From Chiloscyllium plagiosum (taxonomy: Eukaryota), in assembly GCF_004010195.1 (NCBI RefSeq), contig NC_057718.1, positions 66,163,351-66,227,350 of the forward strand: a DNA stretch of 64,000 bases, written 5' to 3'. The notes beneath the pieces were generated by a model. It ran no database searches. It saw nothing but the letters and a program-made list of their open reading frames with translations, and had not been told where the DNA came from. Shown piece after piece: positions 50,935 through 62,521 of the stretch. Position 1 is the stretch's first letter, and each line of letters begins with the position of its first letter. The translations under genes and the position numbers were made by a program.

Positions 50935-51110
50935 AACACATAAAAACTGGGAAGCTGAAGAGATTGGGCAGTAATTAAAGTTTTGAGTTGGATTTTACCT
51001 TCTTCAGAACAGAACGTTAACTTTATTTCTATGCACAAATGCTGCCCGATCAGCTGAGTTTTTCAGCTTTTCCTGTGATTGTTTCAGATTTCCAGCAGTA
51101 CTTTGATTTA
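50935..51110. mobile_element. Old Penelope-terminus-like fragment, second family
   Basis: AACGTTAACTTT...ATGCTGCCCGATCAGCTGAGTTTTTCAGC; related pieces at 14955-15060, 26262-26360, 47530-47640. Confidence 0.5.
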
Positions 51111-51114
51111 TTTA

Positions 51115-51504
51115 CCGTATGTACTCGATAATAGTCGATCTCATGTAAAAGCCAACCCCTTATTTTTGGCCAAAAGTTTGGAATGTCTTGTGTCAAAGTG
51201 ACCCTAGTTCTTCACAGATATCAGATCAACATGATGAGTCAGTGTGCCATTCGTCCAGCTCCGCTCCGGGTCTTCCAGTCTACCAGCTATCACTCTCCTC
51301 TCCTCTTCAGAATTGCCGTAATTCGTTGTGTTTCTGTTCCTTATTTGTTGAGAGATGAATTGGGTTTTTGCTAATGATATGGTATGAATATCGACGGGCA
51401 TGAGTTTCAGCCCCTCAAAATTAGTATCCATGTCGTAATCAACACCATAAATTTAACCTTAAAAACGAGTTAAAAAATTCGACTACTACTCGAGTATATA
51501 CGGG
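51115..51504. mobile_element. Tc1/mariner-pogo MITE
   Basis: TIRs CCGTATGTACTCGA / TCGAGTATATACGG flanked by TA. Confidence 0.75.
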
Positions 51505-51793
51505 TACGTATAGTAACCAATGGCAGCAGGAAACAATAAACAATGCTGAAAACAATTCCAAGTCAACTAGTTGATAAATTGAAGGCTAATGTTGTGTTTC
51601 TGGGTTAAAATGCACAATTTATAAAAATTGTGAGAACACTTATCTCCGTAATGAATAATCGATAAAAAGAATCTTGTGACTTTAATTTTTAATTGTCTAC
51701 TTATGAGAAAATCACTAAAAATGTAAGTCTTTTCACTTATTAATAACAAAGGAATTTTTAGCTGGAGAAACAATTGTTTACAACATATAAATT

Positions 51794-51915
51794 AGTTAAA
51801 AATCACACAACACCAGGTTATAGTCCAACAGGTTTAATTGGAAGCACACTAGCTTTCGGAGCGCTGCTTTAACTTTGTACGCCCCAGTCCAACACCGGCA
51901 TCTCCCAATCATGAC
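51794..51915. mobile_element. Penelope-terminus insertion, third family, with inverted piece
   Basis: Same sequence as 8968-9070 with one part reverse-complemented; TAATTAGTT on both flanks. Confidence 0.65.
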
Positions 51916-52099
51916 TACTATTAATTAGTTGAACGAGTAAAGTGAATTCAATACAGCCACGTGGGTAGTAAGTTTCAGGAGGAATATTGGGGGAATATGC
52001 ATGGAAAATTATGAAAAGGGGTGGGGATGACTCAGCAGAGGTTAAAATTTCCAGAACATGTAACGATCTGGAATCTAGGCACAGCAGATAAGGGAACTG

Positions 52100-55000
52100 C
52101 TATGAGGAGAGGGGCAGTCAATGCAGGAGTGAAGGTGTTGGACTTAAATTCATGCAGCTTACAAAACAAGATAAATGAGTTTGCAGCGCAGATTGAAATT
52201 GGCAGGTGTAATGTGAGTATCAAAGAGAGATGGCTGCAAGGGGATCAGGACTGGGAACTAAATATCCAAAGATACACGACCTATCGAAAAGACAGACAGA
52301 TGGGCAAAGTGTGCCGAACCTGCGGCAGATCAGGCCACATAGCGGCGGATTGCAAGGTGACCGTCTGCCGAAACTGCAAGCAGGAAGGCCACCCGACCAA
52401 GGAATGTAAGGAGGCCAAGAACTGTAATCTGTGCAGAGAGGCGGGCCACATGTACAAGGCCTGCCCAAAGCAGGAAGAGGAAACCTCCCAAAGCCACCCA
52501 GCGAGGGGGGAAGCGACACCTACACGGCGAAGATACAGGCAGCTCTTCCGACGGTGAGGACGGGCGCAAGGAGGGTCGTCACCAGAGGAAGAGACAGAGC
52601 GCTGTGGGGAAAAAGGAGGGCAGTACCGCCCAAGCAGGAAAAGACGATCCCTCTGAGGGGACGGGTAAAGGCCTCCCCCCACCCGGTGAGAACCAAGAGG
52701 TACCCACCGGCCCATAGCTCCAGGTAACTGGGAGCAGCGGTCCTGTGACAGCCCTGCTGTCAGATGGAGAACTGAACTATGCAGAGCCTGGGCCCGACCC
52801 GAAGACACTAGAGCAGGGAAATGGTCCAGCGTAGAGCCGGACGGCTACCTCAGCCCTGGGAGGGTCCAGCAGTTTGCCGTCACCACGGGAATGCACACAG
52901 CTACCCCAGAGGGGCAAGACCAGCAGCAAATGGACACTGTTAACCTTGTAAACTGTTAAAATGGGGTTAAAAATTGCCAGCATCAATGTGCGTAGCATCA
53001 AATCGGCTACTCGATGTGTTTCTACGATGGCCTTCCTGACCAACGTTAAAGCCGACGTCCTGTTTCTGCAGGAGTGTGGGATACCGCACCTCAGCAGTTA
53101 CAGGAGATGGTCGAGCTTGTGGGCCCACGGGCCGTCAATTTGGTCGGGGGGCAACGATAGCCGCGCCTCCGGCCTGGGTATCCTGTTGCGATGAGGCAAC
53201 TTCACCATCTCCGAGGTTAAGGAGGTGGTGGGCGGGCGCCTCCTCGTTGCCGACGTCATGTACAGGAATGCTCCCCTGAGACTGATTAATGTGTACGCCC
53301 CAGTGGGTAAGAGTGAACGGTTGGCCGTCCTACAACAGCTTCCACTGTTGCTGGCTACGTCCAGGCCGGTCATTCTGGCCGGAGACTTCAACTGTATCAT
53401 TGATGCAGATGGACGATCCGGCGGGGGGGACAGTAAACTGGACGCCACATCCAGAGCCCTGATGGACACGGTAAAAGATGCCAAGCTGCACGACGTCTTC
53501 AGCGCCCCTGCAGACGGAGCGCAGCGTTGATACACCTGGTCACGGGCAGACGGGTCTATCCGCTCAAGGATAGATTACCTGTTTGTGTCCCGAACGCTCT
53601 CGGTCAGATCCACCGACGTCAAGCCGGTGTTCTTCTCCGACCACTGCCTCCTGCTGGCCGACTGTCACCTACAGCGTGAGCCCTCTTTGAGTCCCCAGCA
53701 GACTGGTGGGAAACAGTAAAAGGGAACATCAAGAGGTTCTTCATCCTCAAAGGTGTTCAGGAGGTGAGAGAGAGGTGGGGAAAACTGTCCCAGCTCCAGG
53801 AAAGTATGCAGAACCTGCAGACGATGGGGGTTGATGTCACGGAGGACCTCAAGGAGGTGAAGGGCCAGCAAGCCTCGCTCTTTGCTTCGGAGGCCTCCAA
53901 GATAATTTTCCGGTCCAGGGTCCGCTCGGTGGAGCAGGACGAGACGTGCTCACGTTTCTTCTTCCAGAAGGTGCATAAAGAGAGCTCCGTACTCAGCAGC
54001 CTGAAGGAAGAAGATGGCTCGATAACATCATCTCAGGCTGACGTCATGAGGATCAGTAAATTCTTCTATGCCAGTCTGTATGACACGAAGCCGACCGACA
54101 GATTGGCACATTCCAAGGTCCAGGACTACGTTTTGAGGGATGCGCTGAAGCTTGGGGAATCTGCCGCCAAGGCGTGGTGGGGAAAGACCACTGTGTAAAG
54201 TCTGCCTGCCTAACGAAGAACAGGGGGCCCATGCAGTCATTTGGGCTCTGCTGACGCCTCAGCTAATTATATGGGCATATGATTGAAAAATGTCCAGACC
54301 TGTATAAACATGATGAATTCTGATCTCTGTATATACAGTTTACATATGTATGGCATGACCAACTGTACAGACCAGCAAATTATTTTATGAATAAAGTATA
54401 TTTTTGAAATAAAAAAAAGACAGATGGGCAGACTGCACACGGTTGCCTTGTTAGTAAGAAATCATATTAAATTGATAGCAAGAAATGACCGTGTCAGAAA
54501 GCATAGGATCTGTGTGGGTGAAGTTGAGGAACCACAAAGGAAAGAAGACCATGACTGGAATTTTGCGCAGCCTTTAAAAACAACCAGAGGATAACTACAA
54601 AAGCAGCAAGGGGGAGAACATGAAATATGAGAGTAACCTGGCTTGTAATATAAATGATTGCAAGAGTTACTTTAGATATTCTAAAGGTAAGTGAGAGGTA
54701 AATGCAGACATTGCATTGCTGGAAAATGAGGGTGGAGAAGAGTAATCGGGAACAAAGAAATAGCAGAGGAACTGAATAGGTACTTAGCATCAGTTTTCAT
54801 ATTTGAAGACACCAGCAAGATACCAGAATTCAAGAAAGCTAGGGGGCAGAAGTGAGTGAAGCGGCCATCACGAAAGAGAAGGTGCTGGGGAAATTGAAAA
54901 ATCTGAAGGTGATTAAATGACCAAAAAGATGGACTAAACCCCAGAGTTCTGAAGGGGATAGCTGAGATTTTAGAGGCACTGATGGTGATCTTTCAGGAAT

Positions 55001-56950
55001 CATTGGAGTCAAGGAGGACCTAGAGGACTATAAAATGGCTAATGTAATATCCTTGTTTAAGAAGGGAGAAAGGCAGAAGACAGGAAACTACAGGCAGGTT
55101 GGCCTGACCTCAGTCGTTAAGATTTCAGAGTCCCTTGTTATGGATGAGATTGCAAAGTACTTGGAAATGGTAACATAGGGCAAAGTCAGTACAGCTTCAT
55201 TGAGGGGAGGTCATGCCTGACAATCTTTTAGAATTCTTTGAGGTGTTGATGAGCAGTTTAGACAAAGGAGAGCCTGTGGATGTAATCTGTTTGGATTTTC
55301 CAGAAGGCCTTTGACAAGCTGCGTGCAGGAGGCTGCTAAATAAGAGTCAATGCTGTTTGGGACAAGGTACTGGCATGGATATAAGGGTGGCTGCCTGGCA
55401 GAGAGTTATCCCTGACAGGGATAAATGGTTTTTTTTCAGGATGGCAATTGGTGTGGGAGCTGAAGTGGAGTTCTGCAGGGGTCAGGGTTGGGTGCATAAC
55501 TATTTGTGTCATATGTTAATGATCTGGATGAGGGACTGAGGGCAGTGTTGCTAAGTTTGTAGATGACACAAAGATAGATGGAGGGATAGGTAGCATTGGG
55601 GACAGAGGAAGGCTACAAAAGGACTCAGGAGAGTGGGCAAAGAAGTGACAGATGGAATACAATATGGCAAGGTGTGAATTATTACATTTTCGCAGGAAGA
55701 ACAGAGGTGTAGACTATTCTCTAAATGGAAAAAGACTTCAGAAATCTGAAATGCAAAGCGATTTGGGAGTTCTAGTTCATGATTCTCTTAAAGTTAACAT
55801 GCAGATTCAACTGGCGGTTAGGAAGGTAAAGACAATTGATTTATACAGCAGGGAAACAGGTTCTTCAGTCCAACTTGTCTATGCCCACCAGACACCCCAA
55901 CCTGACCTAGTCCCATTTGCCAGCAGTTGGCCCATATCCTTCTAAACCTTTCCAATTTGTATACCCATCCAGGTGGCTTTTAAATGCTGTAATTGTACCA
56001 GCGCCCACCACCTCCTCTGGCAGTTCATTCCATACACACACCACATGAAAAAGTTACCCCTTCAGGTGCTACTTAAATCTTTCCCCTCTGACCTTAAAGC
56101 TATGCAGTCCAGTTTTGAGCTTCCTAGCAAACAGCTTGGCTATTTAATCTATCCATGCCCCTCATAATTTTTAAACCTCAATTAGGTCACCCCCTCAGCC
56201 TCCAACACTCCATGGAAAAAAGCCCCAGCTTATTCAGCCTCTCACTAGAATCAAACCCTTCAGTCCCAGTAACATCTTTGTAAATCTTTTCTGTACCCTC
56301 TCAAGTTTAATGATATCCTTTTGAGAGAAGAACAACTAGAATTGCACAGTGTTCCAAATGCTGGTATTCATTTCAAGACAGATGTACTAATGAGGCTGTA
56401 TAAGGCTCTGGTCAGACTGCATTTGGAATATTGTGAGCAGTTTTGAGCCCATATCTAAAGAATGATGTGCTGTTGTTGGAGGAGTATCAGAGGAGGTTTA
56501 CAAGGATGATTCTGGGAATGAAGGCACTGTTGTCATATGAGGCACTGTTGAAGACGCTGGATCTGTACTCGCTGGTGTTTAGAAGGATGAGGGACTGAGC
56601 TGATTGAAACTTACAGGATACTGAGAGGGCATAAACCAGGGTAGGTAGGGATAAGCTTGGTAGAGGAGTCAGTAACCAGGGGCACAGTTATAAAGAAAGG
56701 AGCAGGAAGTTTAGAGGGGATTGAGGACACATTTTGTTCACACAGAGGAGCATGGGTATTTGGAACTTACTGCTTAAAAGGGTGATAAAGGTGAGAACTG
56801 ACAAGACATTCAAGAACTATTCAGATGGATGCCTGAAATGATACAGCATACATGACTGTGCACCATGTGCTGGAAAATGGGATTACAATAAATACATGTT
56901 TGATGACTCGACTGAAGGGCCTCTTTCCATGCTATAAAATGTCTATGACT
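52100..56950 (+). mobile_element. Decayed CR1 ORF2, host to Tx1 and CR1 insertions
   Basis: LNSCSLQNKINEFAAQI..WLQGDQDWELNI; RT remnants at 54900-55830; minus-strand CR1 3' insert at ~55830-56355. Confidence 0.75.
52307..54417 (+). mobile_element. Tx1/L1-clade LINE, 5'-truncated and internally deleted (no RT)
   Basis: Three CCHC knuckles (CRTCGRSGHIAADC, CRNCKQEGHPTKEC, CNLCREAGHMYKAC); ORF2 MGLKIASINVRSIK..LQE..GDFN..RIDY..SDH; AATAAA and poly(A); TSD AGACAGATGGGCA (52294-52306, 54418-54430). Confidence 0.85.
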
Positions 56951-57224
56951 CTTTACGATATTATTGCCATAGTGAAGTGCAATGAAGGTTTATAAGACGT
57001 TCTAGAATGGCAAGAAAGATTGATCTTATTGAAACTACAAAATGCTGAAGAGGATAAGCGGGATAGAAGCAAGTAGTCTAAAACAAGGAAGTACAGTTTA
57101 ATAACAATAGGGATACCATTTAGGACAGAGGTGAAGATTTTTTTGTATTCAGAGGGTTGCAAACGTTTGGAATTCTCTCCCCCAGAAAGCTGCAGAAGTT
57201 CAGTCTTTGGATATGTTTAGAATT

Positions 57225-57985
57225 GGATAGGTTGTGGCTGTACAGGATATTGGTTAGGCCACTGTTGGAATATTGCGTGCAATTCTGGTTTCCTTCCTAT
57301 CGGAAAGATGTTGTGAAAGTTGTGAAACTTGAAAGGGTTCAGAAAAGATTTACAAGGATGTTGCCAGTGTTAAGAGGATTTGAGCTATAGGGAAAGGTAT
57401 ACAGGCTGGGGCTGTTTTCCCTGGAGTGTCGGAGGCTGAGGGGTGACTTTATAGAGGTTTACAAAATTATGAGGGGCATGAAGAGGGTAAATAGACTAAG
57501 TCTTTTCCCTGGGGTTGGGGAGGCCAGAACTAGAGGGCATAGGTTTAGGGTGAGAGGGGAAAAGATGTAAAAGAGACCTACAGGGCAACTTTTTCACACA
57601 GAGAGTGGTACGTGTATGGAATGAGCTGCCAGAGGAAGTGGTGGAGGCTGGTACAATTGCAACATTTAAAAGGCATTTGGATGGATATATGAATAGGAAA
57701 GTGAAAACAGGGACTGCAGATGCTGGAAACCAGATTCTAGATTTGAGTGGTGCTGGAAAAGCTTGATGAAGGGCTTTTGCCTGAAACGTCGATTTTACTG
57801 CTCCTCGGATGCTGCCTGAACTGCTGTGCTTTTCCAGCACCACTCTAGTCTAGAATATGAATAGGAAGGGTTTGGAGGGATATGGGCCGGGTGCTGGCAG
57901 GTGGGACTAGATTGGGTTGGGATATCTGGTCGGCATGGACGGGTTGGACCGAAGAGTCTGTTTCCATGCTGTACATCTCTATGAT
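57225..57985 (+). mobile_element. Young CR1 3' fragment
   Basis: [17 protein letters not shown]; 3' UTR as at 45000-45119. Confidence 0.9.
57700..57854. mobile_element. Penelope-terminus insertion with hammerhead-like core, inside CR1
   Basis: TTGATGA-A-GGGC-TTTT-GCCT-GAAAC-GTC at 57763-57790; TSD ATATGAATAGGAA (57687-57699, 57855-57867). Confidence 0.8.
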
Positions 57986-59049
57986 TTCCGATTACCAGTG
58001 GCAGAATGAGTTATACTGTGGGTAAAAGATATTGCAGTGTTTGGTCAGCAGTGATCAGGCTCCATGGGCTAAATGGCCTAATCCTGTTCCTACATCCCCA
58101 CCATGCCTAATCCACTGGCCAAACCATTTGATATTTTACTTCCATTCAGTTATCCACAATCATTCTAAAATTTGAGATTAATAATTATGACAATAATCAA
58201 GAATGGTTCTTAATGAAAAGAGAAAAAACTAAACAAAAACAAAATATCATAGATGCTAGAAATCTGAAATATTAAATAAAGCAGTGGATCTTGAAAGCAG
58301 GAATTCCTGAACACAAAGCCCAAGTACCTGAAGACGCAGCTTCCAAATTAGTGAGCAGGACCAGGCTGCAGAAAATTTGCAGTGTGGGAGTTACAGAGAA
58401 CAGCACTGAGGCATTGAAGAATTTGAAACTTAAGGTATTAGGGGACCAGGAACAAATGTATTTAGTCCGAGGACTTGGTGAAAGTAACAGAGTTTGTGTG
58501 GTCTAAGGCTGAAAGCAAGTGTAGTCTTGGAGAACGTTTTAATAGCCAAGACAGAAAATGACCAAGTTTGGTGCAGACTTTTCGTAACAGCCATCGTGAT
58601 CTGATGATGGTGAAAGTAAGGGAGGACTCTGTGAGTAAGAGGATATGGGGTCCAAATCTGAAATAATGTCTGAGAAATTTATATATGAATGTTGAAAATA
58701 CAGAGTGAATCTGTGATGGGATCGATGCGGAATGAATGCTGAATACGGAAAAAAAAACCGGAGGAAGCATTGGGAAAGGTACATTTACTTAATTGGTTAA
58801 ATGACCTGCAAATTGCTAAAAACAAAATGATAAATGCTCATCAATGAAACAATGCATAAACAAAAAAGACAAAAGCATGTGCAAATGGGGTTGGGATCAA
58901 GCACAGCAGGAATTCATACCACAAAAAAACAAGACAAATTAGTGGGAAATAGCATTTAGTTTGTTTGATTCAGACAGTTTTCGCACAATATGCTGAAGAA
59001 CAACAAATCTGAACCTTTGTAACCAAGAAGTTGAATAATTGTGGAATAC

Positions 59050-59405
59050 TGACTTCCAGCGAGAACTGTGCAGCAGCTCCCAGCCTGTGACGTTCATTGC
59101 AACAGGGGCGTGAGTTGGTGACCATGAGTGAGTGGGAGTGGCGGATCCGGTTGACTGACAGTGGATCACCACCAATGAACGTGTGGGCGTGCACTCGCGA
59201 GCAGGGTCCGCATTGCCGAAGAGTTTTGGCGAGTGAGGAGTCGAGCTGTGACTGTCTGACTTTTACACTGGGCCACTGACTCTTGTTGGACGAGGCGCGT
59301 ACTTCATCGTTGTATGAAAGGGGTGGGAGGAGAAGGACGGGGTTTGGAGCTTTTCATTCCTGAAAGTCGATCAGTGGCAAGTTTCTTTCAGCAGTTGCGG
59401 TAAGT
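59050..59405 (+). promoter_or_regulatory. CpG-enriched promoter and probable non-coding first exon of an unidentified gene
   Basis: Repeat-free and CpG-rich; TGACGT 59088, GGGCGTG 59106 and 59185, CCAAT 59172, CTCGCGAG 59194; donor GCG|GTAAGT at 59399/59400. Confidence 0.65.
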
Positions 59406-60671
59406 TTGACATCGGACTCACTCGACTTTCCTTCTATCGAAAGCTGCCTTTGTGCTTCCCTGGGATCACGGTGCAAGCTTGACACCGATTTCAGATAGTA
59501 TGGGAATTACTGGCTTCAGTTGAGATAATCTAATTAGGAAAGGGCGTGAATAGACCTGAGCTCCAGCTGGAGCCGCTTTGTGTTGTATGGGGAGGGTTTC
59601 TGAGGTGGATGTGAGTAACTGTACCCCCGGCAGTACTGAAGCGACCACTCAATTAGAAAGTATGGCGTTTAATGACAACAAGAACTGCACCAACTCTTGG
59701 GAGTTTCTGCGGGGATAGTTAGAAGTGAAAGTAGCGGAAATCTGTGGTGTTACCTGAGGAAGGAGCGATGGCTTTGGTTTCACCGTGTGGGGGATGGGAG
59801 GCACTCCTTAGAAACCAGTATTTTCAGATCTATGATTATGCCGTTACAAATTGATGGGGTGATATAAAGATGCTTTTTCTTAAAAAAAAGTCTGAATTTT
59901 AAGGTGGCGCTTCAGAGATGGAAAACGGTTTCCAATCAACACTGTAGCTTATTTTTGTAAGATTACTTATGCTACTTGTTATGATGGTTGGAATACCCAA
60001 ATCTATTTTTTGCCAACCTGTCACGCTCTCCTTCTCCACTCCCAAACCACCTTTCCTGTCTGTGTTGTGAATATGTGGAACGAAAAAATACGTAAAGGAA
60101 ACTCCCCTGAAAAGGATCTGTTGTGAATATTTTTGGATTGTGCGGGAATGGAGAATATTGGACAAACTGGAGGCAAAGGCAATATTGTAATAACAGAGTT
60201 AACTGCATGGTACGTGCCCAGAGGAAATTCCTACTCCGAGAATAACGTGGCAGTATAGCAGCACACATTATTCCAATTAGGTCTACATTATAGTATTGAA
60301 TAGCGTTGGAAAAATTTAACCAGTAAATAGCTTTAGATACTTTTAAAAAGTGGTAGTCTGAATTTTAAATGTTCTTCGTGAATATATCTTTATTTTAAAA
60401 TAAAACATGCGTCAAGTATCTTTTTCAGATACATCCTTCCTAGTTGTAGCAATTCACAACATTGTTATTTTGTTGAAATTCTGGTCTGCGAAGTGCCTGT
60501 GCTAAAATGAGACTTGAAGCATTTCAATATTTTTTTTCTTTGGCAGCGATCCAAGTGGTACAGGACTTTATTTTGAAAGACTAGAACCAAAACGAGCCAA
60601 CAAAGCATTCTCAGTAGAAAGTTGCAGATGGAAAGCTCTTCGCCCATTTTTGAGGCAGCAGCGTTATGCCA

Positions 60672-60995
60672 CAGGACAGCACAGTGGCTATCATTAGCAC
60701 TGCTGCCTCTCAGCGCCAGGGATCCAGGTTTGATTCCAACCTCTGGCGATTGTGTGGAATTTGCACATTCTCCCCATGTCATCTTGATTTCCTCCAGGTG
60801 CTCCGGTTTCCTCTCACAATCCAAAGATATGCAGGTTAGGTGAATTGGCCTTGCTAAATTGCCCGGAGTGTTCAGGGATGTGTAGGTTAGGTGCATTAGT
60901 CTGGATTAAATATAGGATAATAGGGTAGTGGAATGGGTCTGCATGGAGGGTCAGTGTGAAGTTGTTCCCACACTGTAGAGATTCTATTCTATGAT
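60672..60995 (+). mobile_element. Diverged HE1-type SINE
   Basis: Similar to other copies. Confidence 0.8.
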
Positions 60996-61649
60996 TTACA
61001 AGATGCAGTGCAGCGACTTGCTAAAGCAGCTTGAACAGCATCTCCCAAGTCAAAGTCCTCTAACCATTAGAAGCACAAGGTCAGCAAATGGATGTGAACA
61101 ACACATAATACTCTTCCTGCAAGCCACACAATATTATGACTTTGAATTATAACTCTGCTCCTTCATTGCCACTGGATCAAAATCCTGGGGAACTCTTCTA
61201 ACTGCACTGTGGGTGTACCCATAGCATGTGGACTGCAGTGGTTCAAGAAGGCAGCTCGCCATCATTTCAGGGGCAGTTAGAATGGGTACAGGCCTAGTCT
61301 GTGATACCCATATCCTGTGAAATCATTTTTCAAATCTTTTCATAATCTGGTACTGTAGTAATATCATAATGAATTTTTGCAGCATTCCTTCCAAGGCCAC
61401 ACTTTTTGGAGACAGTGCCCAGAGTTGTGTATGGTACATCATATGGTTCAATCAGAATTTTGTAGCCTAGGGAAAATGATGACCTGGCAAGGATTTCCAG
61501 TTGCCAGCGGATGATTGCCTTGCTGGAAAATGTTTGAGATAAATGTTGGGGAGGTGGGGGTATAGCATCAGAGTTGTTCATGCTTGTTATAAAATACTGT
61601 TTAGGCAAAGGTGCTGAATGCTTGTCTGGAGCACTATCCTGCATGAGAT

Positions 61650-62335
61650 TCAAGAATGAACAAAAGAACTTGAGATACAGGAGCAGGACATTTGGCTCCT
61701 CGGGCCTGCCCGTCATTCAATTTTGGTAGATCTGCCCCAGTCTTCAGCTCTGGTTTAATGCCATGTCAGCATAATCCTCTAGTCCCTGATATTTCAAAAT
61801 TCTGTGTACCTCTCTTTAAATAATTTGTGATTGAACCTCCACTGCTGTCTGAAATAGACCCTTTCAGACATGCTGTACTCTCTGGGGGAAGGAATTCCTT
61901 TACATCTCAGTTTTTGATGTGTTCCCTTATTCTGTAGCTATGTACCCTAATAAAAGATTATCCCACTAATGGAGGCATCTTTTCAACATCTACCCTGCCA
62001 AAGCCCCTCAGAATCTTGTAAGTTTCAATAAGATCACTCTTTAATTTTTTTCTGAGCTCTAATAATAAAGGCTTGCCTTTTCTTGATAAGTCATCCTCTT
62101 CATACCAAGAATAACCTAGTGGATTTTTTGATCTACCTCCAATGACATAATTAAATATGAAATGAAAACTGTACACAGTACTCCAGGTGCGTCCTCACCA
62201 ACACCTGTACAGATGGAATGTGACTTATTTTTAAACTCCAATCCCTTAGCAAGAAAGACCAAACTTCCATTTGCCTTTATTAGTTGTGGTTCCTGCAAGC
62301 TAACTTTTTTGTATTTCATGCACAAAATCACCCAA
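61650..62335 (-). mobile_element. Old CR1 3' fragment
   Basis: LKSDLIETYKILRGFGRVD. Confidence 0.75.
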
Positions 62336-62521
62336 AGCTCTTTGTTTGAACTGTTTTGTAATTTAATGTGAGCAGATCTGAATTTTCCACTATAATTGAT
62401 CTAATCAGATTTAGTTTGAATGTTGATTTAGGTAAAGCGGAATGACATAGATTTGCAGTAAACCTGTTTTGTTGATGTTTTCTTTGTGTGAGGGATAATA
62501 TTGGGACTTTGAACACGATTG

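Noticed and set aside
52021..52557. 178-aa zinc-knuckle ORF as a host CNBP/ZCCHC gene
   Set aside because: Chance in-frame fusion of a CR1 endonuclease remnant with Tx1 ORF1 across the TSD.
3196..57854. Recurrent palindromes as a CRISPR array, terminators or miRNA genes
   Set aside because: Dispersed, TSD-flanked and homologous to a Penelope terminus; eukaryotic context; no repeat-spacer structure.
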